A stretch of 64,000 nt of DNA. Source: Candidatus Omnitrophota bacterium. Its GTDB lineage: Bacteria; Omnitrophota; Gorgyraeia; JABMRN01; RBG-13-46-9. The stretch is from positions 1,554 to 65,553 of the forward strand of contig JBDRHE010000008.1 of assembly GCA_043817155.1 (NCBI GenBank), given 5' to 3'. The notes beneath the pieces are model-generated. The model did no database searches, was not told where the DNA came from, and saw nothing but the letters and a program-made list of their open reading frames with translations. Positions within the stretch are counted from its first letter, which is position 1, and each line of letters starts with the position of its first letter. Of the stretch, positions 61,982 to 64,000 are shown piece after piece. Made by a program: the position numbers and the translations under genes.

Positions 61982-63916
61982 ATGATATCAATAAGAAATA
62001 TATCTAAGCGGTACGGTATACGGGTGCTTTTCTCGGACGTGAGCTTTGATGTCCTAGCCGGTGAAAAGATAGGGCTTGTGGGCCGTAACGGCCACGGGAA
62101 GACCACGCTATTCAGGATCATTGTCGGCGAAGAAGAGCCCGATGAGGGCAAGGTCTTTCGGCCAAAAAATTACTCCATAGGGTATCTCGGGCAGCACTTG
62201 AACTTTACCAAGCCTACGGTGCTGGAGGAAGGCTGTGTTGGGTTGGGGCCGGAAGAGATCGCCAGCGAATGGAAGGTGGAGAAGATCCTCTTCGGGCTTG
62301 GTTTCCGTGAAGAGGATCTTGACCGCAAGCCTTCGGAATTTTCCGGAGGATTCCAGATGCGCATCGCCCTGACCAAGGCCCTGGTAGCTGAACCCAATAT
62401 GCTACTTCTGGACGAGCCTACGAACTTCCTCGATATCGTCTCGATACGATGGTTCGAAAAGTTTCTGCGGTCGTGGAAAAATGAGCTGATAGTGATAAGT
62501 CATGATAGGGATCTTGTCGACAGCGTGACGACGCACATTGTAGGGATACATAGAGGTTTGGCGCGAAAGATCAAAGGGCCGACCGGAAAATATTATGCCC
62601 AGCTATATAAAGACGAAGAGATACATGAGAAGAGGCGCATACAGGATGAGAAGAAACGCAAGCATGTCATGGAGTATGTGAATAGGTTCCGCTCGAAGGC
62701 AAGCCACGCCAAGGGTGTCCAGTCCGCCATCAAGAAGATCGAGAAGATGGAGAATCGGGGCAAGCTTGAGGAGATCCGCACGCTGTCATTTTCGTTCAAT
62801 CATGAGCCATTACCCACTCGGCAGATCATGGAAGTGAGCGATCTTACGTTTTCATACGACGGTAAAGCGCCATATCTGATAAGCGGCTTGAATTTTAGCG
62901 TAAACAGACATGATAAGATCTGCATCATAGGCAAAAACGGGAAGGGAAAGACAACACTCTTAAAATCACTTGCAGGCTTGCTTAAGCCTGTGGGTGGCAG
63001 CGTTAAGACGCATGTGGCGGCGCTGCCGGCCTATTATGAGCAGGCGAATACGGTCGATTTAAATGACGAGCTTACAGTGGAAGATGAAATATCCCTGGGC
63101 AGTCCCTCCATCGATAAATCGCGCTTGCGCGGGATATGCGGCGCTATGATGTTTTCAGGAGACGACGCCGAGAAGAAGATCAGGGTCCTTTCCGGAGGCG
63201 AGCGCAGCCGCGTGCTTGTGGGGAAGCTTCTCGTGAAGCCCTCCAACGTCCTTTTTCTAGATGAGCCTACGCACCATCTTGATATCGAGTCCTGCCAGGC
63301 GATGATGGATGCCGTAAGAGATTTCGAAGGCGCGGCGTTTGTGGTAGCGCACGACGAACATTTTCTGAACGAAGTGGCGACGAAGCTTATAGTGTTTAAG
63401 AACGACAGGGTCTTTTTTTATCCGGGCAATTACCGGGAGTTCCTGGAGAGGATAGGCTGGGAAGATGACGAGAATGTGCCTCAAATAGTTCCGGGCATTG
63501 AGAATTCCGTTCCTAGAACCCCATCCGGCCTGTCTGGCGAGCCGGCCGCAAAACCCGATTCGGCTGCTCCCCCGGCGCCTAGCGCCGGGATCGGACGAGC
63601 GGCAAAAGGGCATGGCATGAAAATGACAAGAAAGGCCCGGGCGGAGTTTATCGCGATGAGATCGAAATGTTTAAAGCCTCTGGAAGCGAAGATCAAGAGC
63701 CTGGAGGATGAGATAATCTCTTCCGAGGGCAGGGTGAAGGAGGGGAACGGGGAATTAATGAGAGATTCGCGAACAGGAGGCCTCGGTGCGATCCGAAGAA
63801 GCGAGCTTTCGAGAGAGCTTGGAGCGTTGGTGAAGAAGATAGAATCCTGCTATGACCAGCTTGACACGACGATGAAAGCGTACGATGCCGAGAAGCGTAA
63901 ATTTAGTAACGAATAA
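61982..63916 (+). CDS. ABC-F family ATPase
   Basis: Two NBDs (GRNGHGKT/FSGG/LLDEPT; GKNGKGKT/LSGGE/LDEPT), linker, C-terminal coiled coil, no TM segments. Confidence 0.93.
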   Translation: MISIRNISKRYGIRVLFSDVSFDVLAGEKIGLVGRNGHGKTTLFRIIVGEEEPDEGKVFRPKNYSIGYLGQHLNFTKPTVLEEGCVGLGPEEIASEWKVEKILFGLGFREEDLDRKPSEFSGGFQMRIALTKALVAEPNMLLLDEPTNFLDIVSIRWFEKFLRSWKNELIVISHDRDLVDSVTTHIVGIHRGLARKIKGPTGKYYAQLYKDEEIHEKRRIQDEKKRKHVMEYVNRFRSKASHAKGVQSAIKKIEKMENRGKLEEIRTLSFSFNHEPLPTRQIMEVSDLTFSYDGKAPYLISGLNFSVNRHDKICIIGKNGKGKTTLLKSLAGLLKPVGGSVKTHVAALPAYYEQANTVDLNDELTVEDEISLGSPSIDKSRLRGICGAMMFSGDDAEKKIRVLSGGERSRVLVGKLLVKPSNVLFLDEPTHHLDIESCQAMMDAVRDFEGAAFVVAHDEHFLNEVATKLIVFKNDRVFFYPGNYREFLERIGWEDDENVPQIVPGIENSVPRTPSGLSGEPAAKPDSAAPPAPSAGIGRAAKGHGMKMTRKARAEFIAMRSKCLKPLEAKIKSLEDEIISSEGRVKEGNGELMRDSRTGGLGAIRRSELSRELGALVKKIESCYDQLDTTMKAYDAEKRKFSNE

Positions 63917-64000
63917 ATGTAGCCTGGTAATTAGGGTCGAGTTCGACAAAAAACGGCGCTTATCGAGACACGGCCCCAATGCGTATCAAGCATTATGCTT

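Overview
Bacterial chromosome window from a diderm; the gene and repeat style suggests an anaerobic PVC-type lineage such as Ca. Omnitrophota (inference only). 1-9.2 kb is an accessory region. It has IS66-family elements around a patatin/Omp85 gene and a hydrolase, then five copies of a 32-bp direct repeat (GGTTCTAACTTYGTCCAGCCAGCGACCCCAGC) that cut the DNA into four 0.45-1.2 kb units of 1-2 unrelated co-oriented genes. This integrase-less cassette array is neither attC nor CRISPR, and the right half of the repeat looks like a tRNA-Gln 3' end; it is the top candidate for an undescribed system. 9-27 kb holds mixed metabolic genes, including ornithine decarboxylase, homospermidine synthase and a deoxyhypusine-synthase-like gene. 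27-53 kb is a nitrogen-assimilation cluster: FMN glutamate-synthase-like gene, glnA, GAF-ANTAR regulator, porin-amtB-glnK, gltBD, carA-carB-pyrG and a second carB. Four of its leaders carry ANTAR-type hexaloop hairpins overlapping intrinsic terminators. 53-64 kb holds sulfatase/anSME, an ABC-2 exporter, OmpA-LysM, rsmE and an ABC-F gene. Intergenic DNA is rich in REP/MITE-like palindromes, with nested 20-54 nt palindromic inserts and 7/8-nt tandem-repeat hairpins. No rRNA, intact tRNA or CRISPR array was seen. All calls come from motif reading only; no searches were run.
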